Part shown: in pieces, positions 32,793 to 42,533 of the stretch
How positions within the stretch are numbered: the stretch's first letter is position 1
Layout of the letters: the number at the start of each line of letters is the position of its first letter
Assembly (NCBI GenBank): GCA_041496385.1
Contig: JBGQEL010000004.1
Location: 41,127-105,126, forward strand
From: Candidatus Methylomirabilia bacterium
GTDB taxonomy: Bacteria > Methylomirabilota > Methylomirabilia > Rokubacteriales > CSP1-6
Reading direction: 5' to 3'
DNA: 64,000 bases
Position numbers and translations under genes: made by a program
The notes under the pieces: generated by a model
Told to the model about the DNA's origin: nothing
The model's database searches: none
Seen by the model: only the letters and a program-made list of their open reading frames with translations

Positions 32793-33983
32793 CTAGTCCT
32801 TCGGCAGTCCCAGCACGCGCTCGGCCAGGATGTTGCGGTTGATCTCCGACGTCCCGGCCGCGATCGTATCGCCGCGCGAGCGCAGGAAGCGCTGCTGCCA
32901 GTAGCCGTCCTCGACCGCCCGGCCGCTCCCCTGCGTCAGCGCGGCGTAGGGCCCCTCGATCTCCAGCATCAGCTCGAGCGCCCGCTGGACCGCCTCGCTC
33001 CAGAAGAGCTTGGCCCCCGACCCCTCGGCGCCCGGCGGCTCGCCGCGGAGCATCCGCGTGAGCGCCCGGAGGTTCGAGAACCGCAGCGCCTCCGCGTCGA
33101 TGTAGAGCTGGGCGAGTCGCTGCCGGATCACGGGATCGGCCGCCGCGGGTGCCGCGCCGCGGAGCGTCGTCCGCGCGAGCTCGCGGGCGGCGTCGATAGC
33201 GTGGCGCAGGTGGAGCTGGCGCGAGATCGTCCGCGGGCCGCGCTCGAACATGAGCGTGGTGATCGCGACCTCCCAGCCTCCGTTCACGCGGCCCACCACG
33301 TTCTCCACGGGTACCCGCGCGCCGTCGAAGAACATCTCGTTGAACTCCGCCTCGCCGCTGATCTGCCGCAGCGGTCGCACGCCGACGCCGGCCGTGCGCA
33401 TGTCCACGAGGAGGAACGTGAGCCCCTTGTGCCTGGGAGCGGCGGGATCGGTCCGGGCGAGCAGGATGCACCACTCCGCGTACTGCGCGTACGTCGTCCA
33501 CACCTTCTGGCCGCTGAGCACGAAGGCGCCGCCGTCGCGGACCGCGCGCGTCTCGACGGCGGCGAGGTCGGAGCCCGCGTTGGGCTCGGAGAAGCCCTGG
33601 CAGAAGATCTGCTCGGCGGACAGGATGGCCGACAGGTGCGCGCGCTTCTGCGCCTCGGTCCCGTGCGCGATGAGCGCCGGGCCCGCCATGTCGAGGCCGA
33701 TCACGTTCGGAAGCTCCGGGGCCCGCGCCCGGGCGAGCTCCTCGTAGAAGATCGCCTGCTGCATGATCGTGGCGCCCCGGCCGCCGTACGCGCGCGGCCA
33801 GGAGAGGCCCATGTAGCCCGCGTCGCAGAGCCGCCGCTGCCAGTCGCGCAGGAAGGCGAACATCGCGTCCTGCGTCGCGAACCGCCGCCGCACGCGCGCC
33901 CAGTCCTCACGCCAGTTCGTCCGGAGCCACGCGCGCAGCTCGTCACGAAACGCCTGGTCGTCGGTCCCCAGCTTGAAGTGCAT
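32793..33983 (-). CDS. Acyl-CoA dehydrogenase family protein
   Basis: WPRAYGGRG, CQGFSEPNAGSDLA, GQKVWT, TIAAGTSEINRNILAERVLGLP. Confidence 0.93.
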   Translation of the reverse strand: MHFKLGTDDQAFRDELRAWLRTNWREDWARVRRRFATQDAMFAFLRDWQRRLCDAGYMGLSWPRAYGGRGATIMQQAIFYEELARARAPELPNVIGLDMAGPALIAHGTEAQKRAHLSAILSAEQIFCQGFSEPNAGSDLAAVETRAVRDGGAFVLSGQKVWTTYAQYAEWCILLARTDPAAPRHKGLTFLLVDMRTAGVGVRPLRQISGEAEFNEMFFDGARVPVENVVGRVNGGWEVAITTLMFERGPRTISRQLHLRHAIDAARELARTTLRGAAPAAADPVIRQRLAQLYIDAEALRFSNLRALTRMLRGEPPGAEGSGAKLFWSEAVQRALELMLEIEGPYAALTQGSGRAVEDGYWQQRFLRSRGDTIAAGTSEINRNILAERVLGLPKD

Positions 33984-34018
33984 GCCCCTCCCCGTTCGTT
34001 TGCTATGTTCTAGGCGCG

Positions 34019-34477
34019 ATGGCCCGCGCTCGCGCGCGCTCCCGGAAACGTACGGCGGCCGCCCGGCGTCCACGCGCCAGCGGACCCCGCCCGACCGCGG
34101 CGGAGACGCGTCTGCTGGCGCTCGCGCGGGAGATCGCCCGCCTGCCGCTCCCGGCCGCCCTCGAGCAGCTCGCATCCGCGTGGGCGCCGAACGCGCCGCT
34201 GCCGCGCGAGGTGGCGCTGGCGTGGCTGAAGAGCCGCGGCGACAAGACCGCCGCGCTCGCGCTCGCGTGGGCCCGCGAGCAGGTACGCCTCTCGCTCCAG
34301 GAGGTCGTCGAGGCGACCCCCAGGGACCGGCGTGGCCGCATCGACGCGCCGCCCGACACGCTCGCCTGGATCCTGCTCGCCGCCTGCGTGGCGCTCGCGC
34401 ACGAACCGCCCTCGGCCGTGGCCGAGCGCGCGGGCGCGCTGCTCGAGCTCACTGGCCACGGCGCCGCGATGGGATGA
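34019..34477 (+). CDS. Hypothetical helical protein (resembles a TetR C-terminal domain without a clear HTH)
   Basis: 152-aa ORF, basic N-terminus, TGcTATGTT -10 upstream. Confidence 0.55.
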   Translation: MARARARSRKRTAAARRPRASGPRPTAAETRLLALAREIARLPLPAALEQLASAWAPNAPLPREVALAWLKSRGDKTAALALAWAREQVRLSLQEVVEATPRDRRGRIDAPPDTLAWILLAACVALAHEPPSAVAERAGALLELTGHGAAMG

Positions 34478-34904
34478 GGATCTCGAGCGCGAGGATGGCG
34501 GCGCCGGCCGCCATCGCCGCGCCGTTCAGTTGCACCGACGCCCGGTGCGCCCGGGCGAAGGCGACGTCGTCGCGGCCTCGCCGGGCCGCCTCGGCCCGCG
34601 GCAGCACGACGGTGGACGCGGAGACGAGGAGCGCGAGCATCGCCCCGCAGAGGGCGGCGCTCGCCAGCGGCCGCAGCCGGCCGTCCCGTCCCGAGACCGC
34701 CCGGATCACCGACGCCACCAGCGTGACGGCGCAGAGCGCGATGCCCCACTGGTAGTAGCGCGGGAGCACGGCCGCGACCGCCTGACCGGCGACCGCGCGA
34801 TCGATCGCGCGGAAGACGGTCGGCGCGACGCCGAACGAGAAGAACATCATGATGCCGAGCCAGGCCGCCGTCGCGATCAGTCCGAGCGCGCGGAGCATTG
34901 TCAT
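34449..34904 (-). CDS. DUF4149/TMEM205-like membrane protein
   Basis: 4 TM, WLG...VAPTVFRA, FARAHRASVQLN. Confidence 0.78.
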   Translation of the reverse strand: MTMLRALGLIATAAWLGIMMFFSFGVAPTVFRAIDRAVAGQAVAAVLPRYYQWGIALCAVTLVASVIRAVSGRDGRLRPLASAALCGAMLALLVSASTVVLPRAEAARRGRDDVAFARAHRASVQLNGAAMAAGAAILALEILIPSRRRGQ

Positions 34905-34925
34905 CTCCTCGACATCCTACGCCGC

Positions 34926-36257
34926 CTAGCGCCGTCCCGCGGCTCGATCGAGCTGCGCCAGCGCGATGCGGTAGTCGGCCAGCGCCTGGGCCTCGGTGCT
35001 CTGGGCCTGCGTCAGCGCGAGCTGCGCGTCGGTCAGCTCGAGGATCGTCCCCACCCCCACGTCGAAGCGGCCCTGCGCGAGCCGGAAGTTCTCCTGCGCC
35101 GACGCGATCAACGCCTGGGCCGCCTGGATTCGCTCCTGCGTCCCCTCGACGGCGATCTCCGCCTGCTCGAGATTCTGGAGGATCGTCAGCTCGCTCGCCC
35201 GGCTCCGGGCGCCCGCGGCACCGAGGCTGGCCTTCGCCTGGTCGTACGCCGCGATCAGGTTGCCTCCGTCGAAGATCGACCAGGTCATTGCGAGGCCGAT
35301 CGTCCAGTTCGGATTGAGCTGGGTCTGGCTTCCCCCGTAGGAGCCGGTCCCGCTGATACTGGGCAGAAACGCGCGCGAGGCCGCCTGGACGCCGGCCTCG
35401 GCGGCGGCCACCTGCAGCTTCGACTGGCGGTGCTCGGGACTCTGGCGGAGTGCCTCGGCGCGGAGCGCGGCCCGATCCAGCGTGACCGGCCCGTAGTCGA
35501 GAGTGCCCTGCACCTCCGTCGGTGTGCTCGCGTCGACCGCCATCGCCGTGTTGAGCGCGACGCGGGCCGTCCGCAGGGCGTTCCGGGCGTTGATCAGGTC
35601 GACGCGGGCGTTGGCGACGTCGACCTCGGCGCGCACCACCGTGGACAGGGGCTGCGTGCCGACATCGACGAACCCCTTCGCCGACGTGAGGTTCAGCTGG
35701 GCGCGGCCGACCGCCTCCTCCTGGACACGGATCAAGCGGTGCGCGAGCAGGATGTTGGTGTACGCCTCCTTCACGGTGAGGGTGATGAGCTGGCGCTGGA
35801 GCTCGACGCCCTCGGCGGCGACCTCGGCGAGCTTCCGCGCCACCTGGGTGGTCGCCAGGGTCTTGCCAAAGTCGAAGAGCAGCTGCGACAGCTGCACCTG
35901 CGCCTGGAACGTGTCCCGCGGTTGACGGCTGATGGCGGTCGTCGACGTCTGGCCCGTCGTCGACGACGTGGAGACGAGCGTGCTGTGGCTCCGCGTGGCG
36001 GTGGACGAGCCCGTGAGCTGCGGCAGGAGCGGCGCGAACGCCTCACGTACCTGGGCGCGCGCGGCCGCGTAGTCGTAGAGCGTCGCCTGGATCAGCGGCT
36101 GGGCTTCGAGCGCGCGCGCGACGCATTCGTCGATCGTGAGGAACCGACCGACGACGGCGGGCGCCGGCTCGCGGGGCGCCGAAGCCTGCGCGTGCCCGAT
36201 CGCCGGAAGGCTCAGCGCGAGGAAGAGGCTCAAGGCCGCCGATCGCAGTCTCGTCAT
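34926..36257 (-). CDS. TolC family outer-membrane protein, paralogue of 27741-29108
   Basis: Same motifs (AFAPLLPQLTGS, QVQLSQLLFDFGK, GTILELTDAQLA); GGAGG RBS. Confidence 0.92.
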   Translation of the reverse strand: MTRLRSAALSLFLALSLPAIGHAQASAPREPAPAVVGRFLTIDECVARALEAQPLIQATLYDYAAARAQVREAFAPLLPQLTGSSTATRSHSTLVSTSSTTGQTSTTAISRQPRDTFQAQVQLSQLLFDFGKTLATTQVARKLAEVAAEGVELQRQLITLTVKEAYTNILLAHRLIRVQEEAVGRAQLNLTSAKGFVDVGTQPLSTVVRAEVDVANARVDLINARNALRTARVALNTAMAVDASTPTEVQGTLDYGPVTLDRAALRAEALRQSPEHRQSKLQVAAAEAGVQAASRAFLPSISGTGSYGGSQTQLNPNWTIGLAMTWSIFDGGNLIAAYDQAKASLGAAGARSRASELTILQNLEQAEIAVEGTQERIQAAQALIASAQENFRLAQGRFDVGVGTILELTDAQLALTQAQSTEAQALADYRIALAQLDRAAGRR

Positions 36258-36325
36258 TGGGATCCTCCATGGAACTGCCTGCGGGATGCCGTGGGGGCGG
36301 GCTGTGGGGAAGCCGCCGGAGCGCG

Positions 36326-37249
36326 TCACAGCGCGGGCAGCACGCGCCCGGCGAACGCTTCGAGCATGGTCGTCTCGGGGAAGTCCGCGAAGCCCAGCAT
36401 GAGGTCGGTCACACCGGCGGCGGCGTACTCGCCGATGCGCTGGAGCACCGTCTCCGGCGTCCCGGCGAGCGCCGTCCCGAGCAGCGGGTGGTGGCGGCCG
36501 ATCCCGCGCGCGGTGCAGAACCTGCCGGTCGCCGCGCGCGCCTCGGCCTCGTCGCGGCCGAGGATCACGTCCACCTCGACGGAGCGGCGAAAGTCCCCCC
36601 ACGGCCGCCCGGCGCGCTCGACCGCGCGCCGGACCACCGCGCACTTCTCGGCAAACACCGCCGGCGTCAGATACGAGGCCTCCCAGCCCGCGGCGCGGCG
36701 CGCGGCCAGGCCGAGCGCGCGGGCGCCCATCGCGGCGATCCAGATCGGCGGCCCGGGCTTCTGGAGGGGAAGCGGTTCGAGGCGGGCGCCGCGGAGCGTG
36801 TAGCAGCGTCCCACGTGGTCCACGCTCTCGCCGCTCCAGAGCCGTTCGATGATCTCGAGCGTTTCTTCCAGCAGCGTCACGCGATCCCCCGCCCCGGGAT
36901 ACGCGATGCCGTGGCTCCGCCACGCGGCCGCCGTCGCCGCATCGCCGGCGCCGACGGCCAGGCGGAGATCGAGGCGCCCGCCCGAGAGATGATCGACGGT
37001 CACCGCGCGCTTCGCGAGCCAGGATGGGTGGTGCGCCGCCGGACCGAACGCGTACGTGACGGCCGGGCCGATCCGCGCGCGCCGCGACCACGCGGCGAGC
37101 GCGCCCAGCATCGTCCAGCCGTCGTGCGTGAAGCCGGCGAGGCCGTCACCGTAGGTGACGCGCGCGTAGCCGAGCGCGTCGGCCGCCTCCCAGCAGCGCC
37201 GGAGCCCGTACGCGTCTGTGCCCCACGTCTGGACGCCGACCGTGACCAC
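36326..37249 (-). CDS. LLM class flavin-dependent oxidoreductase
   Basis: DGWTMLGALA, TVDHLSGGRLDL, PLPLQKPGPPIWI; GTG start inferred. Confidence 0.85.
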   Translation of the reverse strand: MVTVGVQTWGTDAYGLRRCWEAADALGYARVTYGDGLAGFTHDGWTMLGALAAWSRRARIGPAVTYAFGPAAHHPSWLAKRAVTVDHLSGGRLDLRLAVGAGDAATAAAWRSHGIAYPGAGDRVTLLEETLEIIERLWSGESVDHVGRCYTLRGARLEPLPLQKPGPPIWIAAMGARALGLAARRAAGWEASYLTPAVFAEKCAVVRRAVERAGRPWGDFRRSVEVDVILGRDEAEARAATGRFCTARGIGRHHPLLGTALAGTPETVLQRIGEYAAAGVTDLMLGFADFPETTMLEAFAGRVLPAL

Positions 37250-37255
37250 GGGTCG

Positions 37256-37317
37256 AGCATCCGTGATGGTCCGCGGTCGTGTCAAGATTTGACGGCCCGT
37301 CGGTGCGGCGTTAGAGT
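37256..37317. promoter_or_regulatory. Back-to-back sigma70 promoters
   Basis: Plus TTGACG-N17-TAGAGT (37289-37317); minus TTGACA-N18-GATGCT (37285-37256). Confidence 0.55.
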
Positions 37318-37327
37318 GCGCGCGACG

Positions 37328-38062
37328 ATGCTCGCCCGCCTCGCACTCGCGCTCGTTCTCCTCGCGATCCCCGCCGTGGCCCCCGCGCAGACGCCGGCCG
37401 AAACGGCGCGCGCGCTCGTCGCCCGCTACCACGACGATCGCACCGTCCTCGACCGCGCCCGGGACCTGCTCGAGGACGCGCTCCGGCGTGACAGCCAGGT
37501 CGACACGATGATCATGGCCTCGTACGTCTGGTTCCTCTGGGGCGACGTCCGCGCCACCACGGACGAGGAGCGCCTCGCCGCGTACGATCGCGGCCGTCAG
37601 CTCGGCAAGCGCGCGGTCGAGCTCGCCCCGAAGAATCACGACGCGCACCTCTGGTACGCCATCAACACCGGGCGCTGGGGCCAGACCAAGGGCGTGATGC
37701 GCTCGCTCTTCCTGCTGCCCACGGTCCGCGGGGAGCTCGACGTCCTGTTCGAGCTGGACCCGCGCTCCGTGCGCGCCCACTCGCTCGCCGGCAACGTTCT
37801 CCTCGAGGTGCCGGGCCTCGTCGGCGGCGACAAGAAGAAGGCCGAGGACCATTTCAAGCAGGGACTCGCGGTCGACCCCCGCTTCACCGTCCTCCGTGTG
37901 GACCTGGCCCGCGTCTACATCGCGACCGGGCGCTACGCCGAGGCGCGGCGCGAGCTCCAGCACGTGATCGACGAGGCCGCGCCGACGATCGTCGCCGACT
38001 GGGCCGTCAAGGATCTGCCACGCGCCCGAAAGCTCCTCGAGTCCATCAAAGACAATCGCTAG
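37328..38062 (+). CDS. Secreted TPR protein (TRAP TatT-like/RMDN-like)
   Basis: Signal peptide, AHLWYAINTGRWG, LEVPGLVGGDKKKA, TPR-like helices. Confidence 0.7.
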   Translation: MLARLALALVLLAIPAVAPAQTPAETARALVARYHDDRTVLDRARDLLEDALRRDSQVDTMIMASYVWFLWGDVRATTDEERLAAYDRGRQLGKRAVELAPKNHDAHLWYAINTGRWGQTKGVMRSLFLLPTVRGELDVLFELDPRSVRAHSLAGNVLLEVPGLVGGDKKKAEDHFKQGLAVDPRFTVLRVDLARVYIATGRYAEARRELQHVIDEAAPTIVADWAVKDLPRARKLLESIKDNR

Positions 38063-38070
38063 CGATCGGC

Positions 38071-38706
38071 GTGGTCATCGGGCGCCTGCGCCGCACGGCG
38101 GCGCGCTGGGACCCCACGGCCCTCGCCGCCATCGCCGAGCGCGACCGCGATCCGTTCCGCGTGCTCATCGCGTGCATCCTGTCGCTCCGGACGCAGGACA
38201 CCACGACCGGCCCGGCGTCCGAGCGCCTCTTCGCCGTCGCCGACACGCCCCCGACCATGCTCGGGCTCTCGCCCAGCCGGATCGAGAGCCTCATCTTTCC
38301 CGTGGGCTTCTACCGGACGAAGGCGCGCGTCATCCTCGGCATCTGCCGGGACCTCCTCGACCGCTTCGCCGGGCGGGTGCCGGACGAGATCGACGCGCTC
38401 CTCACCCTCAAGGGCGTCGGCCGCAAGACGGCGAACCTGGTCGTCACCATGGGCTACGGCAAGCCCGGGATCTGCGTCGACACCCACGTGCACCGCATCT
38501 CGAACCGCCTCGGCTACGTGAAGACACGGAACCCGGAGGAGACCGAGATGGCGCTCCGCGCCCGACTTCCGAGGCGCTACTGGATCGGCTACAACGACCT
38601 GCTCGTCTCGTTCGGACAGAACGTCTGCACCCCGATCTCGCCGCGCTGCTCGATCTGCCCGGTCAACACGCGCTGCCGCCGCGTCGGCGTCACCACAACG
38701 CGCTGA
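38071..38706 (+). CDS. nth: Endonuclease III
   Basis: LSLRTQD, LKGVGRKTANLV, VDTHVHRISNRLG, C-x6-C-x2-C-x5-C Fe-S motif. Confidence 0.93.
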   Translation: MVIGRLRRTAARWDPTALAAIAERDRDPFRVLIACILSLRTQDTTTGPASERLFAVADTPPTMLGLSPSRIESLIFPVGFYRTKARVILGICRDLLDRFAGRVPDEIDALLTLKGVGRKTANLVVTMGYGKPGICVDTHVHRISNRLGYVKTRNPEETEMALRARLPRRYWIGYNDLLVSFGQNVCTPISPRCSICPVNTRCRRVGVTTTR

Positions 38707-38715
38707 CGACGACGC

Positions 38716-38745
38716 TTGACCGGTCGAGCGGCCGGATGATAAAAC
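38716..38745 (+). promoter_or_regulatory. Sigma70 promoter of the diiron protein gene
   Basis: TTGACC-N18-TAAAAC with extended TG. Confidence 0.5.
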
Positions 38746-38792
38746 TGGATAGTCAGGTAGTTGAACTCAACGGTTTCCTCAAGGAGCGACGC

Positions 38793-39764
38793 ATGGAAAC
38801 GCGCTCGATCCCCTCGTCCTTCCCCACCGCGTTCATCTACGACTACGCGGCCGCCGAGGCCGACATGCGCCGCCTCTACGAGAACGCCAAGCGTGACCAG
38901 TGGAACGCCTCGCGCGACATACCCTGGGACACCCCGCAGACCTCCGACGGCCGCGCGATCGCCGACGAGCTGATCGACATCTACGGGAGCCCGCTCTGGG
39001 AGCGGCTCTCGGAGAAGGAACGCGTCGAGCTGAACCGCCGCGTCGCCGCCTGGCGGCTGTCGGTGCTCATGCACGGCGAGCAGGGCGCGCTGCTCGCGTG
39101 CAGCCAGCTCGTCGACATCGTCAAGAGCGCGGACGAGAAGTTCTTCCAGGCCAGCCAGGTCATGGACGAGGCCCGGCACAACGAGGTCCTCGATCGCTAC
39201 ATCCGGGAGCGGCTCGACAACCGCCAGTATCCCATTCCGGCCAACGCGCGGGACATCTTCGACTCGATCCTCTCGGAGAGCCGCTGGTACCTGAAGACGA
39301 TCGGGCTCCAGCTCGTGGCGGAGACGTTCGCCGTGGCCCTCTTCAAGATGATGGCCGAGAGCGCGCGCGACCCGGTCCTGGGGACGATGTGTCGGCGCAT
39401 CCTCCAGGACGAGGCCCGGCACATGGGCTTCGGCATGCTCGCCCTGCCCGCGGTCGTCGACGGCGCGTCGGCCTCGGAACGCCGGGAGCTCGAGGACTAC
39501 ACCTGCTTCGCCCTCGAGAAGACCCTGACCGGATTCTTCCCGCTCGCCGCGTACGAGGACATGGGCTTCAGCGACGCCGAGATCCAGGAGGTCCGGCGGT
39601 ACCGCCGGGAGACGGCGGCGCGGAACGACTACGCGCCGTTCCGCAAGCACTTCAAGCGCGACATGCACCAGTCCATGATCCAGAACCTCACCCGTCTCGG
39701 ACTCCTGACCGAGCGCGTCCGGCCGCGCCTCGAGAAGCTCGGCATCACCCTGCCGTCGAGCTGA
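38793..39764 (+). CDS. Ferritin-like diiron protein (AurF-like oxygenase family)
   Basis: HGEQGAL, MDEARH, VAE, QDEARH carboxylate/His ligand pattern; AAGGAG RBS. Confidence 0.82.
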   Translation: METRSIPSSFPTAFIYDYAAAEADMRRLYENAKRDQWNASRDIPWDTPQTSDGRAIADELIDIYGSPLWERLSEKERVELNRRVAAWRLSVLMHGEQGALLACSQLVDIVKSADEKFFQASQVMDEARHNEVLDRYIRERLDNRQYPIPANARDIFDSILSESRWYLKTIGLQLVAETFAVALFKMMAESARDPVLGTMCRRILQDEARHMGFGMLALPAVVDGASASERRELEDYTCFALEKTLTGFFPLAAYEDMGFSDAEIQEVRRYRRETAARNDYAPFRKHFKRDMHQSMIQNLTRLGLLTERVRPRLEKLGITLPSS

Positions 39765-40227
39765 GGGGCGCCACCAGCTCCGCGAGTCGCCGGTCGCGGT
39801 AGGCCCACGCCGCCGCGACCTGCCGGCCCACGACGAGCGCATGGGCCGCGCGGCCGAGCGGCCCGAAGGGCAGCCGGTACGTGACGCGATCCTCCACCCA
39901 CGTGCCGCCGCGATCCTCGAGGAAACGGTGGCGGTGCTCCCAGCGGGCGTAGGGGCCGCGGACCTGGACGTCCACGAAGCGATAGGGTGGATCGAACTCG
40001 CGGATGAACGCCCGCCAGCCCATCGGAATGCCGAGCCAGGACACCCGGAAGTCGTAGACGCTGCCGGCGGTCATGGGCGCGCGCCGCGAGACGAGACGCA
40101 GCCGGAGCGCGGGCGGCGTGATGCGCGCGAGGTTGGCGGGGTCGACGAAGAACTCGAAGACCTCGGCGCGCGTCCGCGCGAGCCACACGCGCGACTCCAG
40201 AATGTGATCGGCCATGACGCGCGGCAT
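39745..40227 (-). CDS. SRPBCC family protein
   Basis: VFEFF..PANLARITPP, FVDVQVRGPYARWEHRHRF, DRVTYRLPFG; start may be ATG 40215. Confidence 0.85.
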   Translation of the reverse strand: MPRVMADHILESRVWLARTRAEVFEFFVDPANLARITPPALRLRLVSRRAPMTAGSVYDFRVSWLGIPMGWRAFIREFDPPYRFVDVQVRGPYARWEHRHRFLEDRGGTWVEDRVTYRLPFGPLGRAAHALVVGRQVAAAWAYRDRRLAELVAPLSSTAG

Positions 40228-40238
40228 ATGATAGGGAG

Positions 40239-41150
40239 GTGCCCCGACTCAGTCAAACGCGCGCCCACGTCGCGCTGGTCGCGATCGTGGTGCTCTGGGC
40301 GAGCTATCCGGCCACCGCCAAGCTCGCCCTCGAGGATTTCCCGCCGTTCTTCCTCGCCGCGGTGCGCGGCGCCTTGGCGTCGTGCTTCCTCGTGTACCTG
40401 CTCGTGCGCGCGGGCGCGGACGCGACGCCCGGGCTCACGCCGCGTGCCGTCCGCGTCTTCCTCGTTCTCGGCGTCGCGGGCATCTGGGGCTCGATGCAGT
40501 TCAGCTACGTCGCGTACGGCTACACCACCGCCGCCAACGCGGTGATCCTCCAGGCCGCGGCGCCGGTCATCGTGGCGCTCACCGCGCGCTTCTACCTCCG
40601 CGAGCGTCTGCGGCCCGTCCAGTGGCTCGGCGTGGCCGTCTCGGCGTTCGGCGTCCTGCTCGTCGTGACCAGCGGGCGGCTCGCCGCGCTGCGGCTCGAG
40701 GAGCTGCGGGGCGGCGACTTCCTCACGCTGGCCACGCTGACCGGCTGGTCGGTCTACACCGTCTACGGCAAGCGCGTCCTCGGCCCGCTCTCGCCGGCGC
40801 TCGCGACGACGGGCGCCTACGTCGCGGGCACGCTCATGATCCTCCCCACCGCGCTCGTCGCCGCGCCGCTCTTCCCCGCACCGCGCCTCGCCTCTCTGGC
40901 CGGCTGGTCCGTCGTCCTCTACCAGGGGCTCGTCGGCGCCGTGGCGCACGTCTGGTGGTACCGCGCCGTCGAGGTCGTGGGACCCAGCCGGTCCGCGGTC
41001 TTCATGAACCTCCAGCCCATCGTCGGCATCGGGCTGGCGGCGGCGCTGCTCGGCGAACGGGTGGGCCTCTGGCAGATCCTCGGGACCGCGTGCGTCCTGG
41101 CCGGCGTCGCCCTCACCACACAGGCGGCCGCGATCAGCCGAGCTTCTTGA
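40239..41150 (+). CDS. DMT/EamA family transporter
   Basis: 10 TM in two EamA repeats; GPSRSAVFMNLQP, LLGER. Confidence 0.9.
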   Translation: MPRLSQTRAHVALVAIVVLWASYPATAKLALEDFPPFFLAAVRGALASCFLVYLLVRAGADATPGLTPRAVRVFLVLGVAGIWGSMQFSYVAYGYTTAANAVILQAAAPVIVALTARFYLRERLRPVQWLGVAVSAFGVLLVVTSGRLAALRLEELRGGDFLTLATLTGWSVYTVYGKRVLGPLSPALATTGAYVAGTLMILPTALVAAPLFPAPRLASLAGWSVVLYQGLVGAVAHVWWYRAVEVVGPSRSAVFMNLQPIVGIGLAAALLGERVGLWQILGTACVLAGVALTTQAAAISRAS

Positions 41151-41604
41151 TCTCCGCGAGAATCTTGTCCGGCGCCGGGAGCTCGCCTCTAGCGTAGCGC
41201 TCGATGAAGCGCACCCTGCCCTGCGCGTCCACGATGAAGGTCGCCCGGACGTTGGCGTTCCAGTCCGGCCAGTAGACCCCGTAGTCCTTCACGACGCTCC
41301 GGTGGATGTCCGACAGGAGCGGATAGTGGCTGATGCCGACCGATTTGGCCCAGTTCTCGTGGCTGAACGGGCTGTCGGTGCTGATACCCAACACCTGGGT
41401 ATTGGCCGCCTGAAAGTCGCCGATGCGCTTGTCGAAGGCGGGCATGCAGGTGCTTCAGCCCGGCGTCCAGTCGAGCGGATAGAAGAGCAGCACCACGTTC
41501 TTCCCGCGGAACTCCCGCAGGCCGACCTCCTTCAGTCCGATGGTCTTGAGCGTGAAGTCGGGAGCCGTGGCCCCCACGTCGAGCGTCTCGTTCTCGGTGC
41601 TCAC
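41134..41604 (-). CDS. Peroxiredoxin (AhpC/TSA, AhpE/BCP-like), probable selenoprotein with in-frame TGA at 41455-41457
   Basis: APDFTL...VVLLFYPLDWTPG-TGA-STCMP...LGISTDS...PLLSD...RATFIVD is continuous in one frame; the TGA falls at the peroxidatic Cys position. Confidence 0.88.
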
Positions 41605-42533
41605 CTGCGGAATCCTCCTTTCGCGATCCGGCGCGCCTCGCCCGTGGCGGCCGCCCGCGGCCTCTCCCCGCCGGCGCGCGCCGGTGGCTTGCGGACCGCC
41701 GCCCACGCGCGACTGCGCCGGCTCTCGAGCGGCGCCTCCGCGAGACCGAGGTGGCCCGCGGCCGTCACGACCGCGCCCGTCTCCCACAGGCGCGCGAAGC
41801 GCTCCACGAACCGCGTGTCGCGCAACGCGTGGTGGTCCATGATCACACGGCAGCCCGTCCTGTCGATCACGCGGAGCAGGTTGTCGATCCCGCGCTCGAC
41901 GACCGACGCGCCGATCTCCCGCTCGATGTACGAGGGCGGGCCCGACACGTAGAGCAGGGTCGGCCGCTGGTGGATGAGGTAGGCGGCGGCCACCGGCGAG
42001 AGCGGTCCCTGGACGTCGGAGGCGAAGACGAACCGCTCGTGCTCGGCCGCGTCCGCGAGCGTCAGCACCAGGACGTAGCCGAGCGGCGTGCCGTCGAGAC
42101 CGTGCGGGAGCGGCGGCGAGACGCTGAGCTCGAGGTCGAGCGTCCGCCGCCGGCAGCCGTCCGCGCTGTGCAGCCGCGCCACCGGCGAGAGCGCCGTCCA
42201 CAGCTCGCCCGCGCGCTTGGCCTGGAGCCCCGCGACCATGCGCCGGGGGTCCTTCACCAGCACCGTGCGTCCGGCGTAGGTCGCCGGATCGGAGCGGAAG
42301 TGATCCTCGTGGTAGTGGCTCACGAAGATCATCTCCGCGCGCGCCGCGTACGCCGAGATGCGGTCGTTGGCCCGCCGCAGGGCCTCCCATTCCTCGTCGG
42401 AGGGGGGCAGGTTGAAGCGCGCCGGCGAGAGCGTCGCGCCGGGGTCGATGAGGATCCCGGTCCGGCCGGCCTCGACGTACGTCGCCATCGATCGGACCCC
42501 GAGAGACTCCGCGGCGAGCGGCACGACCTTCAT
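41601..42533 (-). CDS. Metallo-beta-lactamase-fold hydrolase, UPF0282-like
   Basis: MKVVPLAAESLGVRSMATYVE, SHYHEDH, FASDVQGP, IMDHHALRD. Confidence 0.8.
   Translation of the reverse strand: MKVVPLAAESLGVRSMATYVEAGRTGILIDPGATLSPARFNLPPSDEEWEALRRANDRISAYAARAEMIFVSHYHEDHFRSDPATYAGRTVLVKDPRRMVAGLQAKRAGELWTALSPVARLHSADGCRRRTLDLELSVSPPLPHGLDGTPLGYVLVLTLADAAEHERFVFASDVQGPLSPVAAAYLIHQRPTLLYVSGPPSYIEREIGASVVERGIDNLLRVIDRTGCRVIMDHHALRDTRFVERFARLWETGAVVTAAGHLGLAEAPLESRRSRAWAAVRKPPARAGGERPRAAATGEARRIAKGGFRR

Noticed and set aside
36275..36293. Possible sigma54 site before the second tolC (CGGCATCCCGCAGGCA on the minus strand)
   Set aside because: GG-N10-GC spacing fits but the -12 TTGC is absent; likely by chance in GC-rich DNA.
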